From Azolla caroliniana (lineage: Eukaryota > Plantae > Polypodiophyta), in NCBI GenBank assembly GCA_043228905.1, contig JBHGNT010000022.1, positions 8,928,001 through 8,992,000 on the forward strand: a stretch of DNA of 64,000 nt, written 5' to 3'. A model generated the notes under the pieces. That model was not told where the DNA came from. It saw only the letters and a program-made list of their open reading frames with translations, and ran no database searches. Below, one piece after another: positions 1 to 12,724 of the stretch (positions are counted from its first letter, which is position 1; every line of letters starts with the position of its first letter). Position numbers and translations under genes: made by a program.

Positions 1-2770
1 ATATTACGAACAACAATAGAAAAGTTGGGAAAGATCTTGGTGCCTCCTAGTGATAATGCTCAAAATTGATATCGGATGTGTATTCTTTGGAATACTACTA
101 TAAAGAGGCCATGTTGTTTACAAATTGCATGCTCTGGTATGCCTCCTATTTATTTTCGTCTTAAATGGGGTACATTTGCAAGACATTGTTTCCATCATGG
201 TGTGTTGGGGGCCGAGGCATTTTATGGCCTAGGAAGAGCCTAAAAAGCATTATCAGATTCAAACTGACAATTTTAGCACAAATAAAGGAACCACAAATTG
301 TGAATGGCATGGATGGAAAGGCTCTAGAGGATGAAGGGCAATGGTCAATAGTTTCTGGAAAGATGAAGAAGTTTCATAAGAATGTTGGGCATAATGTATC
401 GATGGAGAAGGTAACACTGATTCAATAAACAAATTCCATGCTGAATAGACCATGGGGTCATCAAGAGGACTATCCAAAGAAATTGTCTTTTGATGATAAA
501 GGTAATTTGTATGTTCCTTGGAATAAACGAAAACTGGTGCCTCATTCACATGAGGAGCCATCGGGGTCTAGAGTTTTGCATTCCCATAGTAATTCGTATG
601 CAATCTTAGGGGATTTATTCCACGATATGGCAGAAACATTAGCAGTGAAAGAGAAGGAGATTTCTCGAATTAAAGGGGAAAATAAAGTATGAAGATCACT
701 ACATGGAATGTGAAGGGATTGTGTTTTAGATTTAGAATGCATGAGGTTTAAAGGATTGTGTTAAGTGAGAGATGGGATGTTTTATGTGCAATAGAGCATA
801 AAGATCATCGTAATGCTGGATTAATTAGTTATTCTAAGAGTTATACATTATGTTATGCTTGCAATATTCATGGAGATTATTCTGGGATTGGCATGTTCAT
901 AAGTGATAAATTTCACCCAAAAGTAATTGCGTAAAATGAATTTAGAATTATCGTGTTAGAGATATGTTATTAAGGGTAAGTTCTTTGGTTAGTTGTCACA
1001 TATGCATCAAAAGTTTCACAAGAACGAAAGTTGTTATGGAGATCTCTAAATTCAGTGCTTGATAATGGTAGACCGGGTTTATTGATGGGAGATTTTAATG
1101 TTTGTTGTGAGACCGATCAATCAACATCTATCCACTCTATTATGGATGGACTAGAGGCTCAAGAATGGGGAGATTTTGAGACTCAAGTCATGTTAAGGGA
1201 TGTATGGAAATGGATCAAGGGAGATGAACGTGGTCATACCTTTCAATCGACTCAAGATAAGGATACTTGGAGTAGGTTGGATTAAATGTATGTAATGCAT
1301 ACCGAAGGGTTTTTACTAGAGATTTTGGATATTTCAGTGTCTTATGTGTCAATTATATCAGATCATTTCCCATTAATTTTTGAATTCAATCGCCATTCAA
1401 TTAGAGCTTTTCATGAGTTTTTAGGAAAATTGTCGTTGATTTTTAATTCCTCAATTTTGGATCATGAGGTCTTCCATGCCTATATGTGTCAATTGATTGA
1501 TGCATTTCCTTATTGTGTTCAATTTAATGGGTATGAAGCGTGGGAAGTATTTGTTGCAAATGTTCAGAGGTTAACTAGGTATTATGGAATTCACCATGCT
1601 TTTAAAAGGAGAAAGAAATTAAGTCTCCTAGTTCATTTGCTTGATAAATACAACTCATTGTTAACTTATTGGCCAACAGATGTAGAGTTGATGGGATATC
1701 ATGAGGTATTAATTTCTGTGATTCATGATCTTACAACGAAGACAAGAAATGGAGGTTGTTAATTGTCAATCACATAAGTTTTTTCATGACCTTCATGAAT
1801 CACATGCACGACATAATGTGGTAAGGTTAGAGGAAAATGGTATCATGTGTTCTAATCCTCAAGAAATTGTGAAAAAATGCATAGAATATTATACACAATT
1901 GTTGGATGTACAAGTGTGTCTCAATGATAATGTTGAAAAGGATAGAGAGGTATTTTTTAATGGAGTGAAAAATCATGTATCACAATCATTAGATGCTAAT
2001 ATTTCAGAGGATGAGGTAGAACATGTCATGTCACATCTTGCTAATGATAGGAGTCCTGGGTGAGATGGATTAACAAATGAACTTTTTAAGAAATATGTGA
2101 TTAAAGGGGCCTATTACGGTGTCGTGCCTTTCGGCATGGGATCGTTGTGTGAGTCAGGTGGGAACCGCATGGGTTTTGGACTAGGAGGAGGAGAATATTA
2201 AGACGAGTCTAGTTATGAATAGATTGCAAGAAAGAGATAGAAATTCGTGAATCCCACGAATATAGTGAATTAGTTTAACCTAATATTTAAAATCATAGTA
2301 ATAAATTGAAACAGTTTAGAATAGATTAGATTAGATTGAGAAAAAGATCAAAACTTGTGAATCCACAAGTATTATATTAATCAATATTTAGACCATAATA
2401 AAAAACCCAAGAATCCATCATCCTCAATACATCTTCTGTTTTTCCACAAAGTGTGATGGAAGAGGCTAAGTATGACTTCCTACATGGAAAGCATCATGCT
2501 TCTTCTAAAGTGTTCATGCACACTAGATGTGCATGAATCACTTTATCTATCATGCATTTCTTCTAATTATAGTGTTCATTCTTGCTAGGTGTGCATGAGT
2601 AGCTTTTTCTATAAAGCTTTTCCTTTTACTAAAGCTTTTTCTTAGAAAATATGCATGAAATAACGTTTGTATCTGGGACATCTATTTTTTAAATATCCAT
2701 GATGTGTTAGTGTGATGGTAAGGCTCTAATTTATTAATGTGGAGGTATAGGGTTTGAATCCTGCCCTATA

Positions 2771-4127
2771 CAGTAACCATTCGGTTAAGTGTGTGTCCAC
2801 TTAAGTGCACCATTCTATTAAGTGCACTTTTTATAGGGGTCAAAATCTAGATCAAGAAAATTACATTGTTTCATGATAAAATTACATCAAACATAATTGG
2901 AACTATGTTCCAAACTTTCAAAAACAAGAAAATCATCAATAAAAATAGAAATTATGTTCCATACATTATTTCTACCTCTCCAATCATTAGGAATGCCAAA
3001 GCACTAGGAAAAATCCCTCACAAATAAGTGCTATCATATTAGATGCACAAGCAAAATTCCCTATTAGAAGGTTGATTTTGTATGTTGAGGATCCAACTGA
3101 CACACAACAAGAAAAATGTTCTATTTGAAGGTTGATTTCTTATGTTTGAGGAGCTAATTTCATGTAAAAAGATCGATCATCATGAAAAAAAACACGATTT
3201 CTTATGTTAGAGGAGCTAATTTCATGTAAAAAGCCCGATCATCATAAAAAACAATTCATGATTTCTTATGTTAGAGAAGCTAATTTCATGTAAAAAGCCT
3301 GATCATCATAAAAAACAATCCATGATTTCTTATGTTAAAGAAGCTAATTTCATGTAAAAAGCCCGATCATCATAAAAAACAATCCATGATTTCTTATGTT
3401 AGAGAAGCTAATTTCATGTAAAAAGCCCGATCATCATAAAAAAATCATGATTTCCTATATTAGAGGAGTCAATTTATAAATGAATCTGATGATTAAAATA
3501 ACATTGACAAAGGTTTACATATCAATCTTTGAAGAGAACCAACAATTTATTCAATTATTGCAATGTTTATTTTGAAATTCATGTTACAAATCAATGCTTT
3601 CATAGAAACCTTCACAAATGTTTATAAAAAGCTTCACAAATTTCTATTACAAATCAATTTTTAATAGAAACCTCCATAAATATTTGTAAAAACATTCATA
3701 AATTTTTGTTACAAATCATTTTTTTAAAAGAAACCTTCACAATGTTTTCCAAATATTGACCAATTTCTGTTATAATTATACATATTTTCAGAAAACATGC
3801 ATGATACAAATTTCTGCTATAATTATGCATATTTTCAAAAAACATGATTTAGAAATAGTTTGCAACAAAATCGGGCAGCGATGTATGCATCAACAGTGAA
3901 CAGCATCGTGGGGAGCAACAACATGGGAGTGATTAGAGTATCAACTTGGGTATGATCATAATCATGGAGTGATTAGAGTGGATGTGTGGTTGGTGTTTTC
4001 TGAAAATGTGCAGAGAAAAACATTTTGGGGGAAAAAAATTTCATGTAAAAAGCCCTAAGTGCATGGCTCGATTAAGTGTGCACTTTTTCCTTGAGATCAA
4101 AGTGCGCACTTAACCGAATGGTTACTG
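2771..4127. mobile_element. Non-autonomous Tc1/mariner-type DNA transposon nested in LTR-A
   Basis: TIRs CAGTAACCATTCGGTTAAGTG / CACTTAACCGAATGGTTACTG with TA on both sides. The site is empty in LTR-B. Confidence 0.85.
3135..3475. repeat. Minisatellite of about 63 bp, 5-6 copies, inside the MITE
   Basis: Repeated GATTTCTTATGTTAGAGAAGCTAATTTCATGTAAAAAGCCCGATCATCATAAAAAA. Confidence 0.85.
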
Positions 4128-7100
4128 TACATGTAATATATATTTTAATATTGTCTTCTATTTCTTCATATTTATTGAATCCGGTACTTTATACGTTTTT
4201 CACATAGTGTACGAAATACACTACGACACTACCAAATTGTGTCCGGTCTTTTAGCGTCAGATCGTTGTGTGAGTTAGGTGGAAACCGCTGAGGTTATGGA
4301 CTAGGAGGAGGAGAATGTTAAGGCAAATAACAATATGAATATATTGCAAGAGAGAGATATAGAAACTCGTGAATCCCACAAGTATATTAGTTTTATTAAT
4401 ATTTAAAACCCTAATAATAAATTAGAATAGATTGGAATAGGTAGATCGAAAATTCGTGAATCCCACGAGTATTATATTAATCAATATTTAGATCGTAATC
4501 AAAAACCCAAGAATCCATTATCCTCAATATATCTTCTCTTTTTCCACATAGCGTGATGGAAGAGGCTATCTATTATGCTTTTTCTTCTAATAATAGTGTT
4601 CATGCACACGTGAGATGTGCATGAATAGCTTTTTGATCATGCGTTTTCTTCTAACTAATGTTTTTTTCCTAGAAAATATGCGTGAAAGAAGCTTTCTATG
4701 TGGGATATCTAGTTTTTTAACACTTATGATGTGTTAGTATAATCTTAAGGCTTCAAATTATTAACATGGAGGTACAAGGTTTGAATCTTGCCTTATGGAT
4801 GTAATATATATTTTAATATTGTCTTCTATTTCTTCATATTTATTGAATCGGGTACTTTATGCGTTTTTCACGTAGTGTACGAAATACACTACGACAACAG
4901 TTTTATTTTAGAAGATGTGGGCATCAGGGGAAATGCCTCATTTTTGGAAGATTGGTTTGAAAATTTAGCTTTTGTCGAAGGTGCCTTCTCCATTGTCCTT
5001 TGCTCAATGGAGGCCTATTTCATTGATGGGGGGAATGTATAAGATTTTTGCAAAAGTGATGGCCAATAGGTTGCATAAGGTTTTACCTTCTATTATTCAT
5101 AATGCTCAATATGGGTTCTTAGCAAAAAGAGACATTTTACATAATATTTTAAATGTTCAACTAGCAATTGACTATGCAAAGGAGTCTAAACAACAATTAG
5201 TGTTACTACAATTGGATATCGAGGAAGCCTATGATAATGTGGATTGGTCATTTGTAAATCAATTGATGTCTCATATGGGTTTTGGTGATCATATGTCTAA
5301 GTTGATATACACATTAGAGGAGGGTTTGGTTTCACATGTGATGTTTAATGGAGAAGTAACACAACTTATTTCTATTCGGAGATCCATTAGACAAGGATGC
5401 TCGGTTATTCCTTTACTATTCACTATTGTGACACATCCTATTCTTGTTAAGTTATACACTATAGCTATGGAGAAAGAATTGCTTGGACTAAGGTTGCCAT
5501 TAAGGAAGTCATGTATTGTTTAAGCTCTCGCAAATGACCATATTATGTTTTTGGTACCTAATCGGGAAAATATTAGTAAGACAAGAGATGTGTGGAAATT
5601 GTTTTCAAATGCTTCAGGGTTGAGAATTAATATGCATAAATCTGTCCTCATTTCATGTACAGAACAAGATGTGTTAGGGTTGGGTGGTCAGGAAAGATAG
5701 TACATCGTGGTATGATTTTTCATCACCTTGGATATCCAATTGGGGTGGAAGTTTCTCATGTGAAACTTATTGATGGGTATCCAAAAGGTTGGAAGATAAG
5801 TTTATGTATTGGAGGTCTCAATTTTGGCCTTTTCATGTACAACTTAAGGTTGTCCAATCGATTATGATCTCTATGGTGTCTTATTATCTTCCTTTGCTCC
5901 CATGGTCGAAGAAAGCTCTTGAAATGTTGTCACACTCAATGCGAATGTCGTTATGGAAAAGAAAAGGGAAAAGTGCCTTGTCGTGGTTCACATGGGATTA
6001 TGTTTGTACTCTAAAGCGTCTTGGTGGGGCGTCAATATTGAATCTATATGAGCATATGGTGGCTCATCAATTTATTTTCATTCGATTTATGTTTGAAGAT
6101 GTACAACCTTGGACAGAAATGGTGGCGTACTTTATAGAGAAGAACAGAATTAAGCTTGGAAACATGAAGGTTGAAGCTAATTGGCGAAATGTAATTAATT
6201 CTGGTAGTGATGTCAAATGTGTTGGATCTATGATGGTCAATCATTTGTTGACATCTTGGCAAAGTATGTTGGATTTTGTGGAATGACATCCTCCACAAGA
6301 AAGGAGATGTGCCAATTACAAATGGAGGTTTTGATGACATCAAGGTTGTTGAGGTGGGAAGGTAAACAAATTCTTAACCTTCAATTTAATCGGATGGTTA
6401 GATTGGGTTTGGTAACAATCAAGGATGTTATGTTGGTGTCGCAAAGAATATTAATGGCCTTTCGAACAACAAGATCAACATTTCGTATTCCAAAAGATTA
6501 TACCTTTATTTGGGATAAGTTGCGAGAATTGTTATCTTCGTATGAACCAATTCCTGATTTAGATGGGCAATCTCAAGAGCTTGATTGGAGGTTTGTTGGA
6601 AATAAGAGATTGACTATGATTTCAACAAAGGTTGCTTATCACAAGTTGATTGACAAACATAAGTGGTCTAAAGATATGGGGTTTTCATAAGCCCATTACT
6701 TGGTACCTTCATGTGATCAAGGCAAGTTGGTGTTCTCGATTGATGCTACGAGCTAACGTATTTATTTGGAGAGCTATGGTTGGAGCTTTACCATTGGGGG
6801 ATGCATTAAAAAAAAGAAACATTAGTAAAGAATCGTGTTTCTTTTGTTCTATGGAATTGGAATATAGTAGCCATCGATTTCTTTCATGCCCAATAGCAAG
6901 GATGGTTTGGAGGTGTATCAGTTTAGTGTGGATATCTCTAACTAGAGTAAGCCTATATTCCTTCAATTGGGTTTTTGCACGTATGGAGAACAATGAATCA
7001 ACGCCTCATTTCCAAATTATTTTTGAGTTCTTGAGGTATTGGGGGCTATGGTTTAATTGGAATATGCAGAATGCCATCACTTTTGATTCGCAAGTTGGGG

Positions 7101-7359
7101 TGAGAAAATATGTTCTAAAGTTAAAAAGACTTCTTTTGTGGCAGTTGACAGTGCTAGAGAAGTCACAAAATCTCAACCATGAAGAGAGAGAACTCTGCAA
7201 TGTTACATATCATCATATTCGCCATTTGAATTGGTGTGTAGGGTGGCATTGAGTTTTGAGTCATAGTAGTCTTTAGATCCCTAGATAGATAGAAGGGTTC
7301 TATACTTTGTAGTTACTTTGTCATGGTGGTGTTTTTCTTTCGTAATGAAAGCCATTATT

Positions 7360-7362
<3 letters not shown>

Positions 7363-7398
<36 letters not shown>
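7363..7398. repeat. (GA)n microsatellite
   Basis: Seen directly. Confidence 0.95.
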
Positions 7399-7400
<2 letters not shown>

Positions 7401-7863
7401 CAGATGGATGTAGCTCAGTTGGTAAGGTTGCTCAATCGAGACCAGGTGGTCATGGGTTCAACCCCTACATTCCATAGTGGCATCTAGTGAAATAGAGATA
7501 TATATGAAGTATATAATAGAGAGGTGAGGAAATTGGGTTTTGAACCCAAGACACAATGCTTGTAGTGTTATCGACTTACCACTAGGGTAAGGTAATTACG
7601 ATAATAAAAAAGAGAGAGAGACCCGCCCAAATGGATGTAGCTCAGTTGGTAAAGTTGCCCAATGGAGACCAGGTGGTCATGGGTTCAACCCCTACATTCC
7701 ACAATGGCATCTAGTGAATTAGGAGATATATAAGAAGTATATATAATAGAGAGGTGAGGAAGTTGGGTTTCGAACCCACAACACAGTGCTTGTAGTGCTA
7801 ACAACTTATCACTAGGGTAAAGTAATTACGATAATAAAAAAAGAGAGAGACCCCTCCCAAATG
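7399..7863 (+). repeat. Two tandem copies (about 227 bp) of a tRNA-derived, SINE-like repeat
   Basis: A box TAGCTCAGTTGG and B box GGTTCAACCCC at 7406-7474 and again from 7633. Each unit has a second tRNA-like module on the opposite strand. Confidence 0.7.
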
Positions 7864-8316
7864 CAATATCATACTTCTCTTCTAAACACAAGAGAGGAAA
7901 AAGAAAAGGTTATTTAAGCTCGAACAAAAACTAGCATAAAGATATCAAAGGTGAATTGACAATTCAAGAGATGCTAGAATATATACGGAGTCTATATATG
8001 AATGAGGCAATTCTCTTATGGTTAAGAACATTGAAACACCTTGTTGAGAATCAAACTCAACTTCCCGTGTGTGGGAACACATTCTAGAATACTCAAGTGT
8101 GTGAACACCCCACCTCCTTGTATAGTAACTAGTGTGTCATAGAAGTCAATGTTCTATGACACATATTCTTTAAATAGTTAAGACACGACCTCTTTCCCAA
8201 GAGGCGATACTTGTGAGAGAACGTAGAGAGAAGGTGACTACATAAGCACCTTCTCCTTCTCCTTGTAACGATTGGTCATTCTTATGTTTCTAGTAATACA
8301 ATTTTCTGTTTTTCTG

Positions 8317-8358
<42 letters not shown>

Positions 8359-8429
8359 CACATACACACACAGTTCTTCCGTTGCATAGAATCATCACCA
8401 ATTCTTCACACACCTTGTAATACATATAT

Positions 8430-10115
8430 TGAAATGAGCTTTTAAAATGGACATTGCCACATACTTGTCATTGGATAATGACTTTTATGGATCAAGCTAT
8501 TAAACAAGATTTGTTGAATGATCGGCTCATGAATTGGATTAGGCCAATTTCCAAAGAAGGAGATAAGAATCAAGTATCGAATTATCATACAATCATGGTG
8601 AGCTCAACTATTTCTAAATTGTATAATATTATCATTGAGCAAAAGGTAAGTCCATGGACTGAAAGTCGAAACAAACGAGCACTTGGCAACTAGGTTTTAA
8701 ACCAAAACATTTCGTAGTGGATCATTTGGTTACATTCAAAGTAACTATGGAAGAAAGTCAACTACAAGGAAAGACACTCATTTTTGTTTTGTTGATTTTA
8801 AAAAAGCTTTCGATATAGTACCGAGAAATGAGCTTTGGAATAAAGTGGTGGAAATTGGCATGCCATTAATGTATTCAGTTGTTATTGCATGATTATCTAG
8901 GAAATTTAGATGCCAACTAAAAACTCAGAATGGATTCTCAAAATACCTTTTAAATGATATTGGGGTTAAGCAAGGATGCCCATTATCACCTACACTCTTT
9001 GGTTTATGCATTCATAAATCAAAAAAAGTGGTGAATCGTGTTGCAAGAGAAGAAATATTAGATGCTCCAAAACTTATGCAACAAAGCATCTTATTGCTTT
9101 GATATGTGGATGACGTGGTTATCATTTCATATGAAGTTGATGGCATGCAACATTTACTTGGAGCGTTCGAAGATTTTTGCTAAAGTAGTGAACTGTAGAG
9201 TGAATAAAACATGGTGGTAGTGTGAACCATCCAACCACATTGATACCCTACGCTTACATATAAGGGAGAACATGTATGATTTTTGCAAACCTTTAAGTAT
9301 CATGGTATCCATGAACGTGTCACAAATAAATAGAGTATATACTTTGAGTCTAAACTTCAATCTGGTTGGAAAAGTTATCATATGTTGGAAAATCAATGGA
9401 ACTAGAGTGATACTCATGGATGGGAAGTGAAACTAATGTTATTTAATGTCATGGTAACCCAACTTTTGCTTTATGGAGTTGAGGTGTGGGGAGGCACTAT
9501 CCCTCTTAATGCATGGAATGAGATTGAGAAGATTCAAACAATGTTTTTAAGGAGACAATTCAAATTATGTGTTTAAGAAGATCTCTTAGACCTTTGACTA
9601 ATGCTATGAAATATGTAGTTATCGAAGAAAGGTTAATGGAACCACTAAGGAAGAATCGGGAAGCTGCCAAAAGGACAAAATTAGAATATTACATTGCAAA
9701 CATCACCCCTAGCGTTGAATGTAATATAAGGCAACCTTATCTCATTACTAACATGAGTATTAACTCTCATAGAGATAACACTCATTTGCACTAAATCAAA
9801 CAAGCTAGGTACTAAACTCGCATTATGGCATCAAAATCAACCAAATATAAGGACATGTAAGATATGAAGAAAGGGCTAATAGAGGTTGAGTATCACTTGC
9901 TTTTTACATGCTCTACTTATAATGCAATTTGTGAAAGCTATGATGACATATTAAGAGGGGGTGATGACTTGAGTGTCACACTAAAGAGAACACCTAGAAG
10001 GTTTAGCTCATATGTGTACGCCTTATTTACAAATCGAGATTGTGCTTTGAAGTATGAATATCCGTCCCTGCTTAGGAAGGAGACACACATCAAGAAAATT
10101 TGTTTGGTCCACTAG
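8430..10115 (+). mobile_element. Degenerate non-LTR retrotransposon RT region
   Basis: Fragmented motifs NYHTIMV, FVDFKKAFD, GVKQGCPLSPTLF, YVDDVV and LLYGVEVWG. Confidence 0.8.
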
Positions 10116-10479
10116 GTTAAATTTGGCCTCTCTATGGATGCTAAAAAATGTCTAATATGTAATATCTTTCTTTCGAATATCCTCTCTACTTCTACATCTT
10201 CTTTTGTCCCATCATTAGTCTTTGAACCCCTCTTTATCTTTGTTCATTCCCCATGGCAAAGGTTAATTTTGAGTTTTTATGCTTTATCAGTGACCTCTCT
10301 TGGGTTGCGGATGATAAAAGCCTTCGCATTAACCTCCAGCCCTATTGAGAAATTGTGGACTCTAAGGTATGATGGAATTCTTGCCACATGCTCTTCCCTC
10401 AATTATTGGCGTGCCTGTAAAGACTATTGTGAGCCTTAACACGCAAGCAAGCAATAGAGAGAGACAGAGAGAGAGAGAG

Positions 10480-11215
10480 AGATTATTGTTTTCGAAGGTC
10501 AAATATGACCTATGAGACCAAAAATATTACATTTCACGTGATACATATGAAAGTGAGTGGCAGCTCTCGATGTTCAAGAACTTTACCAATGAATGTTGCA
10601 ATCAAGAGTGCACATCGTGGTTGTTAGAGAAATTCGTGCAAGGATTGGGCTTGGTTGAAGATGCATCTAATCGTAACACAAAATTTTGTTTTCATACATC
10701 TTCTGGATATTTTTGCTTGCTTCTTATGCAATTCTAGGAAGTCGAGTGAGGGGCTTTTTTGAACCTTAGGCATGTATTCGACAACCCTTTCCATGGCCAT
10801 TATCTCAATGGGAAGTTATTCCATCTCAAATAGGACTTTGTAAGAAAATTCTTTTGGACATTTTCAAACTCTTTCCACGTAGATTTTGGGATTCTACCAC
10901 CCCATACTTCCACCCCATAGAGAAGCACCGGTGTCACCAAAGTGTCAAAAAGATATTTCTTGAGGACCCAACACTTAATATCTTCACAATTGCATGTGTA
11001 CGTGATTTCTTTCCGGCCTCTCGGCAACATGTAGCACATTCATTCCATCTATTATTTGAAGGGACTTCAAGGCCAAGTTATTTGAAGCTTTCTAGACAAT
11101 CAACTAACTCATTATTGTACATAATGCGTGGTTTATCTTTTTCTTGGCTCTTTACAAGCATAATCTTTGTTTTAGAGCTATTAACACTTAATCTTTGTTT
11201 TCCAATACCTTCATA
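10480..11215 (-). mobile_element. 3-prime fragment of a non-LTR retrotransposon, same family as 50830-52180
   Basis: LFDTLVTPVLLYGVEVWGG motif. 10490-10670 is the reverse complement of about 51980-52160. Confidence 0.7.
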
Positions 11216-11216
11216 A

Positions 11217-11499
11217 GTGCGTGTGTGCGTGCATACGCACCCACGCACGCACGCACGTGGGCGTGGGCGTGGGCGTGGGCGGGTGCACGTGGGCGGGCGT
11301 GGGCGTGTGTGTGTGTGCGCGCGCGGGCATTACGGGCGGGTGCGCATGCGCGTGCGCGCGTGTGTGTGGGCGTGTGTGTGTGTGTGTGTGGGCGTGTGTG
11401 TGGGCGTGTGCCTGTGCGTGGGCGTGGGCGTGGGCGTGGGCGTGGGCGTGTGCGTGTGCGTGTGCGTGTGCGTGTGGGTGTGGGTGTGGGTGTGGGTGT

Positions 11500-11596
<97 letters not shown>
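11217..11596. repeat. Compound (GT)n / (GGCGTG)n microsatellite
   Basis: Seen directly. Confidence 0.95.
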
Positions 11597-11597
<1 letters not shown>

Positions 11598-12418
11598 TTT
11601 CTTATAGAAATCTTGGGGTTTGTATTGTCTCTTTTATGTTATTTTCTCATATAAGGTGACCTTTTCTTTGTCTATTCTTAGGGTTTGTTTTGTTTTATAT
11701 ATGGTCTTTGTCTTGTCTTCCCTTAGAGAAAGATGTTTGAGGCTTTGTTAATATATAGTTATGTTTTAGAGGTCCTAAAGATAATATGTGTCCTCTTTTA
11801 ATCAAGCTTCGAGACTTTACGTCCTACATTGGTTTTCCTGGTTGTTTAACTTGTTTCAAAAATGATGATGGAGAATTTATAACAAAGAAAACTCTGAATT
11901 TTGATTGTGTCAGTGCCTTTTCTCCTTTTGTTCAAAGGAAGAAATTAGACAATTCTTCTATGTTCTTTGTTTTTTGTTATCGCTTGATTGTAGCTTTTTC
12001 ATAGATCCAAGTAACACTAAGATTTCTTGTTTCTTAGTACTTGTGTTAAGTACCTGCCATCCAAGACAATGACCATGAGGACATCGGCACCGAAATACAT
12101 AGGAAGCTCAAAAGGAACATTGGAAAAAAGCAAGATATAGTAAATCTCACCCAAAACTAGAAGGCAAATGGCATTCTAATGTATGAGAGGCCCAATCCCA
12201 ATGTAAAAAGCTATAGAGGTCGCCCTTTGGTGGTTTTGGTAGTTATTCTTCCTTCCAAGCTTTTCTCCTTTCATATAGTCTTATTTAGAGGTCTTACTCC
12301 ACATCCTCAATCTTTCACTTGAGTTTAAGTGTGATTAAGGTTAAGCACTAATTAACTAAACCCTAATCAGTCTACCTCTTGTATGTGTGTCGTATACTTT
12401 CTTTATAATAGAATTGGT

Positions 12419-12694
12419 TAAAGGTAAAGAGGGATGTTTGACAGATCAGCCATTTAGAGATGACGTTCAGCAAACAGGACTGTAGTAGAGATGAGAGTAG
12501 AGACACGCAGATCTTTGGTGTACCCAACCGCCTTGATTGGTACACAAGAAAAAAGAAGGTTATTATATTAGTTAAACTTACATAGAAAGTGGTGTGTTCA
12601 CATTATAAAAGGAGGTGTCCTGTCCAAGTGAACAATGTGTTCACATATATGAATAATTACCTAATTTGTGAACTACGGGCCTTTACACCTAACA
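12419..12694 (-). repeat. Copia 3-prime LTR
   Basis: Direct repeat of 17080-17355. Confidence 0.95.
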
Positions 12695-12724
12695 ACCTCC
12701 CACTTAAAGGTCCGATGTGAACAT

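Larger units (their letters stand above)
2120..4896 (-). mobile_element. Twin-LTR remnant: LTR-B 4238-4896 and LTR-A 2120-4228, separated only by a 9-bp PBS-like spacer
   Basis: Two diverged direct repeats. Outer termini are TGTCGT...ACGACA. Flanks are ACGG and ACAG (4-bp TSD with one CpG-type change) and the LINE reading frame resumes across the insertion. The spacer reads ATTTGGTAG on the minus strand. Confidence 0.7.
1..7362 (+). mobile_element. Decayed L1-type LINE (ORF1 remnant, then APE endonuclease, RT and zf-RVT), interrupted by a nested insertion at 2120-4896
   Basis: ORF2 starts at 689 (MKITTWNVKGL), overlapping the ORF1 stop as ATGA. EN motifs GDFN, SRLD and SDHFP; RT motifs SPG*DG, WRPISL, QYGFL, LDIEEAYDNVDW and RQGCS; C-terminal CxxC..H..C. 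Many stops and frameshifts. Ends at a (GA)n tract. Confidence 0.9.

Noticed and set aside
3135-3475. CRISPR-like array
   Set aside because: No unique spacers, eukaryotic context and no cas genes; it is a plain minisatellite.
7406-7474. Functional tRNA gene
   Set aside because: The anticodon arm does not pair convincingly, the copies are diverged, and they are embedded in repeats.
11195-11659. ORFs rich in VC/CV/AW repeats
   Set aside because: They are translations of a microsatellite.
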